In this document: positions 9,483 to 18,607 of the stretch, in pieces
Position numbering within the stretch: position 1 is the first letter of the stretch
Layout of the letters: every line of letters begins with the position of its first letter
Source of the DNA: Ferruginibacter sp.
GTDB taxonomy: Bacteria > Bacteroidota > Bacteroidia > Chitinophagales > Chitinophagaceae
Length of the DNA stretch: 64,000 nt
Assembly: GCA_037140275.1 (NCBI GenBank)
Contig: JBAXET010000001.1
Location: forward strand, 1,160 to 65,159
Direction of reading: 5' to 3'
Notes under the pieces: generated by a model
Seen by the model: only the letters and a program-made list of their open reading frames with translations
Told to the model about the DNA's origin: nothing
Databases searched by the model: none
Translations under genes and position numbers: made by a program

Positions 9483-10340
9483 ATGAAAGAAATTAAAAAA
9501 AGAAAACTCGACATTCTGGTTATTTCTGATATTCATCTTGGCACATTTGGCTGCCATGCCAAAGAATTGTTGCATTATCTTAAGTCGGTAAAACCCAAAA
9601 CAGTCATTTTAAACGGCGATATCATTGATATCTGGCAGTTCAGTAAACGCTACTGGCCTAAAAGCCATATGAAAGTGGTAAAGTATATTATGGGCTGGAT
9701 GAGTAAGGGTGTAAAAATCCATTATATTACCGGCAACCACGATGAAATGCTGCGCAAGTTTGTGGGCTTTAAAATGGGTTCTCTAAAAATTGTAAATAAA
9801 GTAGTGCTGGATTTAGAAGATGGAAAGAAAGCCTGGTTTTTTCATGGGGATGTATTTGATGTAACCATGCAGCACAGTAAATGGCTGGCAAAACTGGGTG
9901 CTGTGGGTTATGATACATTAATACTGATTAATCGTTTTGTTAATTTTATTTCGGAGAAAGTTTTTAAGAGAGGGAAATTGTCTTTATCTAAAAAGATTAA
10001 AAACACCGTAAAGAGTGCAGTAAAGTTTATCAATAGCTTTGAACAAACTGCTGCAGATATTGGTATCAGTAATCAGTATGATTATGTGGTATGCGGACAT
10101 ATTCATCAACCCGAAATGAGAACAGTGGAAAATGAAAATGGAAAAATTATCTACCTTAACAGTGGAGACTGGATTGAAAATTTAACAGCACTGGAATATG
10201 TGAATAATGAATGGACTATTTACCGCTTTGACGAAACAGCAATGGAACAAATGAAAGCAGTGGCTGCAGAAGACGAAGAACCGGATAACAGTACCCTATT
10301 CGACAATATGGTGGAAGAGTTTAACTTAATGCGCAACTGA
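9483..10340 (+). CDS. LpxH-like metallophosphoesterase; candidate PlcP-type phospholipase C rather than a true UDP-2,3-diacylglucosamine diphosphatase
   Basis: Metallophosphoesterase motifs ISDIHLG, GDIIDIW, GNHD, FHGD and CGHIH. No signal peptide. The stop TGA shares a base with the next ATG (ATGA at 10338-10342). Confidence 0.65.
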   Translation: MKEIKKRKLDILVISDIHLGTFGCHAKELLHYLKSVKPKTVILNGDIIDIWQFSKRYWPKSHMKVVKYIMGWMSKGVKIHYITGNHDEMLRKFVGFKMGSLKIVNKVVLDLEDGKKAWFFHGDVFDVTMQHSKWLAKLGAVGYDTLILINRFVNFISEKVFKRGKLSLSKKIKNTVKSAVKFINSFEQTAADIGISNQYDYVVCGHIHQPEMRTVENENGKIIYLNSGDWIENLTALEYVNNEWTIYRFDETAMEQMKAVAAEDEEPDNSTLFDNMVEEFNLMRN

Positions 10341-11428
10341 TGAAAATATTATATGCTATACAGGGAACAGGTAATGGCCATTTAAGCAGGGCAAGGGATA
10401 TTATTCCTTTGTTGCAGCAAAAAGGCGATCTGGATATTTTAGTCAGCGGTATACAGGCCGATGTGGAATTGCCTTATCCTGTTAAGTACAAATTCAAAGG
10501 GTTGAGTTTTATTTTTGGTAAGAAAGGAGGCATCGACCTGCTGGCCACTTACCGTAAAAGCAATATAAAAAAATTATACAACGAAATTAAAAGCTTGCCT
10601 ATTGAAGAATATGATCTGGTGATCAATGATTTTGAACCGGTAAGTGCATGGGCTTGTAAAATTAAACACAAAACCTGCATTGGCTTAAGTCATCAAGCTG
10701 CAGTGATCAATAAAAAAAGTCCTAAGCCAGAAAAGAAGGATCCTGTAGGAAAAGCCATCTTACATAATTATGCCCCTGTTACCGAAGCTTATGGCTTTCA
10801 TTTTGGGGCTTACGATAAAAATATTTCCACCCCTGTTATCAGAAGTCAGGTACGCAATGCTATTCCAGAAAATAAAGGGCATTATACTGTTTATTTACCT
10901 GCTTATGAAGATAAGCGCATAATAAAAGTGTTAAGTCAGATTAAAAATATACAATGGGAAGTTTTCAGTAAGCATTCTAAAAAGGAGTATACAGAAAAAA
11001 ATATACACATTCGCCCTATTAATAATGATGCGTTTATTGATAGTATGATTACCTGCACCGGAATGTTGTGTGGTGGCGGGTTTGAAACACCTGCCGAAGT
11101 ACTGTATTTAAAAAAGAAGCTGATGGTTATTCCTATGAAAGGGCAATACGAGCAACAGTGTAATGCAGCAGCCCTGCAAACTATGGGTGTACCCGTAATA
11201 AAAAGTTTGAAAGAAAAACATCTGGAGAAAATTAAAACATGGACGAATTCTACACTGATCATCTCTGTTAACTATCCAAACATCACTGAAAAAATAGTGA
11301 ACGATATTATAAAAAAACATATGACCGGAAAAAAACCGGATACAATTTCGTTAGGAGAATCTGCTTATTCACACAAAAAATTAAAAGAGATCAGTCTGGA
11401 GAAAATATTAAAACAGGCGGGCGGCTAA
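10340..11428 (+). CDS. GT-B glycosyltransferase (MGDG-synthase / GT28-like family), candidate glycosyl-diacylglycerol synthase
   Basis: N-terminus MKILYAIQGTGNGHLSRARDIIP is typical of this glycosyltransferase family. C-terminal GGGFETPAEVLYLKKKLMVIP nucleotide-sugar binding region. Translationally coupled to the preceding gene. Confidence 0.6.
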   Translation: MKILYAIQGTGNGHLSRARDIIPLLQQKGDLDILVSGIQADVELPYPVKYKFKGLSFIFGKKGGIDLLATYRKSNIKKLYNEIKSLPIEEYDLVINDFEPVSAWACKIKHKTCIGLSHQAAVINKKSPKPEKKDPVGKAILHNYAPVTEAYGFHFGAYDKNISTPVIRSQVRNAIPENKGHYTVYLPAYEDKRIIKVLSQIKNIQWEVFSKHSKKEYTEKNIHIRPINNDAFIDSMITCTGMLCGGGFETPAEVLYLKKKLMVIPMKGQYEQQCNAAALQTMGVPVIKSLKEKHLEKIKTWTNSTLIISVNYPNITEKIVNDIIKKHMTGKKPDTISLGESAYSHKKLKEISLEKILKQAGG

Positions 11429-11432
11429 TACT

Positions 11433-12788
11433 ATGTTATTTACAAAGGAAGAATTTGGAGCAGATTTTAATTGGGGAGTTTCCACTGCCGCTTACCAGAT
11501 AGAAGGAGCACATATTACTGATGGTAAAGGACTTTCTATATGGGATACTTTCTCCCAGAAAAAGAAAAAAATCATTGATAATCACAATGGGAATATCGCC
11601 TGTGATTATTATAACCGCTATGCAGAAGATATTGCCTTACTGTATAAACTAAATATTCCTAATTACCGGTTCTCTATTTCCTGGAGCCGCATTCTACCTC
11701 AGGGTACCGGCCCTATCAATCACAAGGGAGTTGACTTTTACAACCGCATCATAGATTTCTGTTTAGAATTAGGTATTGAACCATGGATTACTATATACCA
11801 CTGGGACTTACCGGAAGTATTGCAAAAAAAAGGAGGCTGGACAAACCGTGAAGTCATTCACTGGTTTGGATATTATGTAGATTGTTGCATTAAATTATTT
11901 GGCGACAGGGTAAAAAAATGGATGATTTTAAACGAACCCATGGTATTTACAGGTGCCGGGTATTTTTTAGGAGTGCATGCCCCCGGGAAAAAAGGGCTTA
12001 CCAATTTTTTATCTGCAGCTCACCATGCAGCTTTATGCCAGGCCGAAGGTGGCAGGATAATTAAAACATTGCGCAATGATTGTAAAGTGGGCACCACCAT
12101 ATCCTATTCGCATATTGAGCCTTTCAGAAATACTGACAGAGATATAATAGCATCAAAAAAAGTAGATGCATTATTAAACCGCTTGTTTATTGAGCCATTA
12201 CTGGGAATGGGCTATCCCACCAAAGAGCTGAAAATTTTAGAACGGATAGAACGTTTCATGCATCATGGCGATGAGGGAAAGCTGGCTTTTGATATGGATT
12301 TTATTGGCTTACAGAATTACACCAGAGAATTGGTAAGTTATGCCCCTTTAATGCCTTTTGTAAGAGCTAAAATTATTAAAGCCAATAAAAGAAATGTGGC
12401 GCATACCCTGATGAATTGGGAAATTTATCCGCCATCAATATATAATGCATTAAAAAGAATTAATGCATATTCAGGGGTTAAAGAAATTATTATAACAGAA
12501 AATGGTGCCGCATTTAAAGATGAACTTAGTAATGGTGCAGTACATGATTTTGAGCGGCTTGACTATTTAAAAAATCATCTGGAGCAGGTATTGCTGGCTA
12601 AAAAGGAAGGTGTGAAAGTAAATGGCTATTTTGTATGGACCCTGCTGGACAATTTTGAATGGGCAGAAGGGTTTCATCCAAGGTTTGGATTAGTATATGT
12701 GGACTTTGATACACAAAAAAGAGTCATCAAAGCATCCGGTAAGTGGTACAGTGAATTTATAAAAAACGATCAGCCGGTTATTTCGTAA
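11433..12788 (+). CDS. GH1 beta-glucosidase (cytoplasmic)
   Basis: FNWGVSTAAYQIEGA N-terminus. Acid/base motif ILNEP and nucleophile motif ITENG. 451 aa with no signal peptide. Starts 4 nt after the preceding stop. Confidence 0.9.
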   Translation: MLFTKEEFGADFNWGVSTAAYQIEGAHITDGKGLSIWDTFSQKKKKIIDNHNGNIACDYYNRYAEDIALLYKLNIPNYRFSISWSRILPQGTGPINHKGVDFYNRIIDFCLELGIEPWITIYHWDLPEVLQKKGGWTNREVIHWFGYYVDCCIKLFGDRVKKWMILNEPMVFTGAGYFLGVHAPGKKGLTNFLSAAHHAALCQAEGGRIIKTLRNDCKVGTTISYSHIEPFRNTDRDIIASKKVDALLNRLFIEPLLGMGYPTKELKILERIERFMHHGDEGKLAFDMDFIGLQNYTRELVSYAPLMPFVRAKIIKANKRNVAHTLMNWEIYPPSIYNALKRINAYSGVKEIIITENGAAFKDELSNGAVHDFERLDYLKNHLEQVLLAKKEGVKVNGYFVWTLLDNFEWAEGFHPRFGLVYVDFDTQKRVIKASGKWYSEFIKNDQPVIS

Positions 12789-12797
12789 ACTGATAGA

Positions 12798-13283
12798 TTA
12801 TTTTCCGGATGGGATATTTTCCATTGCAATGGGTAAAAATAAATACCAGGACAGCGCAAAAAGAAAGTATTTGTTATCTCCTTCATCTAATTTTTCAGAC
12901 TTCACTTTTACAATACCTTTATCAGGCTTTAACTTACAGGTTATAATAGGTTTATCAGGATTGTTTTTATAAAACACTAATTCTGCATTGGGGTTATTGC
13001 GGAATAAATAGTTAAATTTTTTATCGTCAATTTCAATCACTCCCTTATCTGAATGCCATTTTTCGTAAGAGGCTTTCCCAAAAACTACACCGTACTCATT
13101 TTTTAAAACAGTTTTATCTTTCCACAACCCTGATTTATTAATAAAGAATACCCGTTTCCCCCATTTACACTCGGCCCTAAAAATGGAAGTTTTGTAATTA
13201 ATGCTTAACGAGAGTACAAGAGTATCATCATCATATAATTCGTAGGCCAATAAAGGTTTTTCAGATATTTGTTTCCAGTGCAT
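12798..13283 (-). CDS. hypothetical protein
   Basis: The ORF fills the gap between flanking genes. It has a hydrophobic C-terminal segment (YFLFALSWYLFLPIAM). No family recognised. Confidence 0.4.
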   Translation of the reverse strand: MHWKQISEKPLLAYELYDDDTLVLSLSINYKTSIFRAECKWGKRVFFINKSGLWKDKTVLKNEYGVVFGKASYEKWHSDKGVIEIDDKKFNYLFRNNPNAELVFYKNNPDKPIITCKLKPDKGIVKVKSEKLDEGDNKYFLFALSWYLFLPIAMENIPSGK

Positions 13284-13363
13284 GGTAATTAATTATAGGG
13301 CAACTTAACTGATTAGTGTTACTTTATCATTACCAAATTGTTAAGTAAATGATTTTAGGTGCT

Positions 13364-14899
13364 TCATTTGCCTTTATAATTTTTAAGCAGGTAAATGAAA
13401 ATATTTCTGGCTGCTTTTCCCCCGCGTAATTGCGAAATAACTACAGGAGTGCATATTTTTTCAAATATGTTATGGTACAGTTTTACAGGATCAGAAAAAC
13501 TATTTGATACTGTTATAAAATAGGCATCGTCTCCCTGCTGTAACTTTTTTCTGTATTCATTTAACCAGGCATAAGTATGTATATCATTTAATTCTCCTAT
13601 TGCAATAAAATCTAGCTGCAGCGGCTGGGCAATATAATTATCGATATGAGCTCCCGGGAACCATTTATTATTGATGATGAAACTGGTGCTGGTATTCCCG
13701 GCTTTAAAATCCATTTCATATACTTTTTTAAAACCCTTCTGTATGTCCTGCCATCCGTACATATCTAATGTGGCATCTCCGTCTCCTAAACCGGCTATAT
13801 CTTTTTTACCCATTGAACCCGGTATAAAATTGATGAGGACAATGCCTGCAAAGGCGATTATTAACAGAAAAATTACTGCGAGATAAGAGAACCGCTGTAA
13901 CCGTTTTCCAATAAGTAAATCAGTTTCTGTTTTAAAATTGATATAACAGGCAGTAATTAAGATCAGTGGAATATAGGCAGGTCCGGACCAATGGGGCAGC
14001 GTATCGCGAAACAAGGAAATAAAGAATAATAGAAGAATCAGCGGTAAACTGAGGGAAAGTAACAAGTGTCTGATATGATACCTGATGAAATTAATATTTT
14101 TCATCAGGGCAATAATTGAAAATACAATAAGAAAAAAACTGATGGGATTATTATATAAAATACCTCCGGTAATTTCCCTGATAAAACTATCCACCTGTAA
14201 TCCGCTGTTTATGGCTACCCTGCTGCTGTGAAAAGTATAGGTGATAAAATTATTTTGGATATTCCATATTAAAATTGGACTTACAACCACAGCTGATAGA
14301 ATTATTGCTGCATATAAATAGAAATTAGTCAATAATTTTCGGTGATAAAATAAAATGTATAATCCAAATCCGAACCATAAAAATATTCCATGTACTTTAC
14401 TCATGGTGCAAAGGCCAGCAACTAATCCAAACAGTAACAGTTTCTGATTAAGCTGTTTTGATTCGGGCAGCGATTGTATAATACCTGTCAGCAAACTGAT
14501 ACTACATATCCAGAAAAAAAGCTGGGGTGCATCGGGCAAAATAAATGTACCGGCAATAATACTGCAATAAGGCGAAGCTGTAAATAAAAGCGCCGCAAGA
14601 AAACCTGTCCTGGCATTCCGGATTTTTTGAGCACAACTAAAAATTAAAAAAGTATTTAGTACCGATAAAATAACTGGGGCCAGTCGTACAAAAAAAGCAC
14701 TGGTAAAGTTCAGATTGAAAGTGGTGATCCGTATCAGCAGCGCCACCATGGGAGGATGGTCAAAATAATTCCATTGCAGATGCCGGGCATAAGTCAAATA
14801 GTATACCTCATCATTTCCTAAATCAACCGAAACAGCAATAATGCATCTTACCAATGCAGCCAGCGCAATCAGCCAGTATAACTTCCTTTTTATCAGCAT
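13364..14899 (-). CDS. ArnT/PMT-like GT-C glycosyltransferase (GT39/GT83-like), polytopic membrane protein
   Basis: N-terminal loop DLGNDEVYYLTYARH carries the DE..Y motif of ArnT/PMT enzymes. About 11 to 13 hydrophobic segments are followed by a soluble C-terminal domain of roughly 150 aa. Confidence 0.7.
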   Translation of the reverse strand: MLIKRKLYWLIALAALVRCIIAVSVDLGNDEVYYLTYARHLQWNYFDHPPMVALLIRITTFNLNFTSAFFVRLAPVILSVLNTFLIFSCAQKIRNARTGFLAALLFTASPYCSIIAGTFILPDAPQLFFWICSISLLTGIIQSLPESKQLNQKLLLFGLVAGLCTMSKVHGIFLWFGFGLYILFYHRKLLTNFYLYAAIILSAVVVSPILIWNIQNNFITYTFHSSRVAINSGLQVDSFIREITGGILYNNPISFFLIVFSIIALMKNINFIRYHIRHLLLSLSLPLILLLFFISLFRDTLPHWSGPAYIPLILITACYINFKTETDLLIGKRLQRFSYLAVIFLLIIAFAGIVLINFIPGSMGKKDIAGLGDGDATLDMYGWQDIQKGFKKVYEMDFKAGNTSTSFIINNKWFPGAHIDNYIAQPLQLDFIAIGELNDIHTYAWLNEYRKKLQQGDDAYFITVSNSFSDPVKLYHNIFEKICTPVVISQLRGGKAARNIFIYLLKNYKGK

Positions 14900-15276
14900 T
14901 AGTAATGGAAAGTAAATAAGGAGTTAATACTATAATTCCAGATAAATACTAGTCCTATAACAATTGCCTTGCTAATATAAAAGTTTAATCTGGTGTTTTT
15001 TTGAATTAAGAAGAGTAATCCGGTGCTTAGTGCCAGACCAATCATTGATATTAAAAGAAATTTTAAAAATTGCAGGCTGATTCCGGGATCATTATTCTGA
15101 AAAGTATAGTACCGGTTAAGCAGGTAGTTATTCACCACTGCAAAAGAAAAACCAGTAGAATTTGCAACGTACTTATTCCATTTCAGTTTTTCTTTACATA
15201 ACCAGGTTACAGAAAAATCTATACCTATGCCAGTACAACCTACCATTCCAAATTTTGCCAATCGAACCAGTTGCAT
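14899..15276 (-). CDS. GtrA family membrane protein
   Basis: 125 aa with four TM segments, FGMVGCTGIGIDF at the N-terminus and a ...YSINSLFTF C-terminal pattern. There is a TAATG overlap with the downstream GT-C gene. Confidence 0.7.
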   Translation of the reverse strand: MQLVRLAKFGMVGCTGIGIDFSVTWLCKEKLKWNKYVANSTGFSFAVVNNYLLNRYYTFQNNDPGISLQFLKFLLISMIGLALSTGLLFLIQKNTRLNFYISKAIVIGLVFIWNYSINSLFTFHY

Positions 15277-15294
15277 GTATATGTATTATTGCTA

Positions 15295-15987
15295 TTAATA
15301 TATAGCAGTATGAGGTAGTTTATTATCCCATTCAGGTACCTGGCGTTTAATTATTTTGGGTAGCCTTATACGCAGCCTACTATTCATGAGTACAATAGAA
15401 AGGGTGGCAAATGAAATACCAATAAAAGCTCCAAACAACACATCAACAGGAAAATGTTGTGCAAGATATACTCTGGAATAGCCTACCAGTGCAGCTGCAA
15501 TAAACAAAATAATACCCGTAAACTTATTTTTAAAATGTACCGCTAAAACTGTAGCTAAAGCAAATGCCGAAGTAGTATGACCAGATGGAAAACTGCTGGA
15601 GCCGCCACCGCTGTTACCAAAATTATCGAGGTGGTATAAATATTGACTGGCTTCAAAATATATTCTTGGGCGTGGCGCGTAGATGCAATTTTTTAATATC
15701 TGAGTAAAAAGGCCTGAAGATAAATAGGCTAATAATATCAGTACAGCCAATTTTTTTTGCTTGCGATAGAATAGCAATGCGCAAAGGCTAATGGCAAAAA
15801 TACCGTCGCCAAAAAAAGTATAGTTTACAAAAAATACATTCAAACTAAAGCAGTGAAAACTATTGAGCGAAATAAAACTTTCTGCCTTTGATACTGTCAG
15901 CAGTATTAATCCGCAGCTTATCAGGAACAGTAAACTGCTCCCGTAGAAATGATAGTTAGATTTTAGTGTTGTATTCAGTTGTTTCAT
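15295..15987 (-). CDS. PAP2-family lipid phosphatase
   Basis: The three PAP2 motifs are present: KNCIYAPRPR, SFPSGHT and SRVYLAQHFPVDV. The protein is polytopic. Confidence 0.8.
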   Translation of the reverse strand: MKQLNTTLKSNYHFYGSSLLFLISCGLILLTVSKAESFISLNSFHCFSLNVFFVNYTFFGDGIFAISLCALLFYRKQKKLAVLILLAYLSSGLFTQILKNCIYAPRPRIYFEASQYLYHLDNFGNSGGGSSSFPSGHTTSAFALATVLAVHFKNKFTGIILFIAAALVGYSRVYLAQHFPVDVLFGAFIGISFATLSIVLMNSRLRIRLPKIIKRQVPEWDNKLPHTAIY

Positions 15988-16063
15988 ATTAATGAGTTAA
16001 GCAAAGTTGTGAAGACAATGCAAACAAATTATTACCACAGCATTAAGAAAATGTAAAATAGTG

Positions 16064-16083
16064 CCTGCCTGAGAACAGGCAGG
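16064..16083 (-). terminator. possible terminator hairpin at the end of the phosphonate operon
   Basis: 8-bp GC-rich stem CCTGCCTG / CAGGCAGG with loop AGAA. On the minus strand it is followed by GCACTATTTTACATTTT, which is only moderately U-rich. Confidence 0.4.
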
Positions 16084-16125
16084 GCTAATTGCACGGATGG
16101 GTATTGTTAGAGAAGAAAGCTGTTA

Positions 16126-16200
16126 TTATGCGGTAACAAGCATAATGATTGCTGCTGTTAACTGCAACCAGTTAGCTAGTTTTTCAAATTGACTATTCAT
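16126..16200 (-). CDS. candidate 24-aa small ORF (MNSQFEKLANWLQLTAAIIMLVTA)
   Basis: The ATG lies 2 nt after the TAA of the FAD oxidoreductase gene (TAACTATG). The C-terminal half is hydrophobic. It sits between the last annotated gene and the hairpin at 16064-16083. There is no other support. Confidence 0.2.
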   Translation of the reverse strand: MNSQFEKLANWLQLTAAIIMLVTA

Positions 16201-16202
16201 AG

Positions 16203-17330
16203 TTATAAAAAATTTACTATTTCTTCCGCTAAACCAAATGCTAACGTCATACCTGCTCCTCCTAAACCATTGATGATATACACACCGGGTTCGGGGGAAT
16301 AAAATAAATCAGTATCGCCATTGGTTAATTTAGGATAGATACCGTTCCAAGTTTCTGCAATCTGCCAGTCTTTACACTTGGCAATTTGTTTTAAATAATC
16401 AATAATGAGGGTATTGATATGTGCCCTATCGAAGGGATCATGCGTTAATCCGTATTCGTGCGAATCGCCAATGGTAATCTGTCCGGCATCGTTTTGACAG
16501 GCCATTACATGTATACCCCAATCCATATACTCTTTCATTTCCGATTCATACCTTTTTTTTAACACAGGTAAAGATGCAGCAGCGGTAAAACTTTTATAAT
16601 GGGTTAAAGAAAGCCCTCCGCATAAGGGCACTCCCATACTCTGGTTATTTGGTAGTGTATCCGTACGCATCATCTGCAGTTTACATTTGGTAAGCGGTAA
16701 TTTATTATATTCTTCGGGATATAGTGTTTCAAAATCTGCACCACTGCATACAAATATCAGATCGGCTTCATGCTGTTCAGTTGTACCAATATATACTGTT
16801 GTATCAGCTATATAAGAAATGCATTTCCCCCGGAAAAATGCTACTCCAAATTTTTCTGTCAGGTATTCCGGAATGGCAGCAATGGTTTTAACCGGATTGA
16901 TAATCATCTCATCTTTGCTGTATAAGCCACCCAGCAATGTATTAGTCTCTGCAGCAGGAGATATATCAGCAACCTGTTGTTTGTTTAATAATTCAACAGG
17001 CCTGTTTGTATAAAATACTTCGTGCAGTTCCTGCAGTACCTGCCATTCATCGGGGTGATGGGCAACATGAAGGCTGCCTGCAGTATCATACCAAATAGTA
17101 GTGTCATCGCAAATTTGTTTCCAGATGCTTTTACTGCGCAGGGCTCTTTCATACATATTACCTGTTGGCTGACCTATTGGCCAAACCAATCCAAAATTTC
17201 TAATGGATGCCCCCACTGCTTTATGGTTACGGTCGAATACTTTAACAGCATACCCCTTCACTGCTAAAGCTCTTGCAGTAGCCAGGCCAACAATACCTGC
17301 GCCTATAACGATGGCTGAACGTTGCTCCAT
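16203..17330 (-). CDS. FAD-dependent oxidoreductase of the phosphonate-associated DAO family (TIGR03364-like); candidate aminophosphonate oxidase
   Basis: N-terminal Rossmann motif AIVIGAGIVGLATA, 375 aa, DAO-like C-terminal GLGGAGMTLAFGLAE. It overlaps the upstream permease gene by 28 nt and lies in an operon with PhnX-like and PhnZ-like genes. Confidence 0.7.
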   Translation of the reverse strand: MEQRSAIVIGAGIVGLATARALAVKGYAVKVFDRNHKAVGASIRNFGLVWPIGQPTGNMYERALRSKSIWKQICDDTTIWYDTAGSLHVAHHPDEWQVLQELHEVFYTNRPVELLNKQQVADISPAAETNTLLGGLYSKDEMIINPVKTIAAIPEYLTEKFGVAFFRGKCISYIADTTVYIGTTEQHEADLIFVCSGADFETLYPEEYNKLPLTKCKLQMMRTDTLPNNQSMGVPLCGGLSLTHYKSFTAAASLPVLKKRYESEMKEYMDWGIHVMACQNDAGQITIGDSHEYGLTHDPFDRAHINTLIIDYLKQIAKCKDWQIAETWNGIYPKLTNGDTDLFYSPEPGVYIINGLGGAGMTLAFGLAEEIVNFL

Positions 17331-18607
17331 ATAATTGCCGTTCTTTTGTATTTGCTGATAAAATATATTGCGGAAATAACAGTGCCAATAATTCCAAATA
17401 CAGAAAGTGTTAATACACTCTGAGAATAAAAACTCACCCAGTGTAGCTTTACTTTAAATATTTCTTTACCCAGCAACACCATTATACTGCCTAAATAACC
17501 AAATGAGTCTGACAGGTACATCAAAAAACCTACATTTCCCCTGAATTGAAATGCAGCAATCATCCTGTCAAATAATAAACAGTTGAAAGGTATATAGGCA
17601 GTATAAAGACCAAGGCCAACCAGCATCATCCAGTTGCCGGGATGAATCATTTGCAGTGTAAACAACCATGTTGAAATTCCAGTAATAGCAAAACCTGCAA
17701 TAATTAAAATATGAGAAGTAATAAATGCTGTAAAATTATTTTTGATCAGCACCATTGCTGCAATAACAACCAGTACAATTAATGTTATGGGGATTTCCGT
17801 TTTTGTAAAAATTGCAGCCTGATTGGCAAAGCCCAATTCGTTCCAGATGTCTGCAGCAAAATTATCTCTCAGGTCTCTGAAGATGGTAAGAAAAACATAA
17901 ATGATAATAAGTGTAAGCAGTCCGGGAAGAAAACTGGAAAAAAGCAGCTTTCTATTTTCCTTTGTCATTGGCACTCTTTCTTGCTTTAAGGCGATATCTG
18001 ATGCTGATGGAGCAGGAACTTTTTCCAGTAAATACAGCAATAATAGTAGTGGAAATATAAATACAAGGCCGGTTATAAAAGGTGACCAAAATTCAGAAAC
18101 TCCCATATTCAGCATCAGGTATTTAGCGACGAATTTTACAAAACCGGACGAAAAAATAAAACTAACTGCCAGAGCAGCTCCAATAAAATCAGTTGCCCTT
18201 CTGCCTTCTACGTACGAAAAAATAATTCCCCATATCATACCTAATGGAAATCCATTGATTAATAAAAAAACGATATTGTATGGAGCAGGAACAACGGCAA
18301 AAAAGAATAATGCCACCCATGCAATACTGATAAGGAGCAGGATTAATTTCCAGCGGCCAAAACGTTTTAATTCAGCAATAAATTTTATACCGTAAAATTT
18401 ACTCAATGTATAGCCAATGGCCTGGCTTATAACCAGGCATACTTTATAATTGATGCCTAAAAAATTCAATCCTTCAAAAGTGCCTGCTGTAAAAGGCTTT
18501 CGGAATGCATATACCACTGCATAGGTTAAAAATGTAATGAGTGCCGCATATAATGCAACCTGTAATTCACTTTTAGAAAATTTATTATTAAGCGATGTGT
18601 TTTGCAA
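17303..18607 (-). CDS. polytopic (about 12 TM) permease, MFS-like; candidate aminophosphonate importer
   Basis: 434 aa, hydrophobic throughout. It overlaps both neighbours (20 nt and 28 nt). I recall this family being annotated as a DUF next to phosphonatase-like genes in Bacteroidota, but I could not verify that here. Confidence 0.55.
   Translation of the reverse strand: MQNTSLNNKFSKSELQVALYAALITFLTYAVVYAFRKPFTAGTFEGLNFLGINYKVCLVISQAIGYTLSKFYGIKFIAELKRFGRWKLILLLISIAWVALFFFAVVPAPYNIVFLLINGFPLGMIWGIIFSYVEGRRATDFIGAALAVSFIFSSGFVKFVAKYLMLNMGVSEFWSPFITGLVFIFPLLLLLYLLEKVPAPSASDIALKQERVPMTKENRKLLFSSFLPGLLTLIIIYVFLTIFRDLRDNFAADIWNELGFANQAAIFTKTEIPITLIVLVVIAAMVLIKNNFTAFITSHILIIAGFAITGISTWLFTLQMIHPGNWMMLVGLGLYTAYIPFNCLLFDRMIAAFQFRGNVGFLMYLSDSFGYLGSIMVLLGKEIFKVKLHWVSFYSQSVLTLSVFGIIGTVISAIYFISKYKRTAIIWSNVQPSL

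Noticed and set aside
9483-10340. Straightforward annotation as LpxH (lipid A biosynthesis)
   Set aside because: This is not fully rejected, but it is downgraded. The translational coupling to a GT-B glycosyltransferase and the phosphorus-scavenging neighbourhood fit the PlcP/Agt lipid-renovation arrangement better. A phylogeny is needed to settle it.
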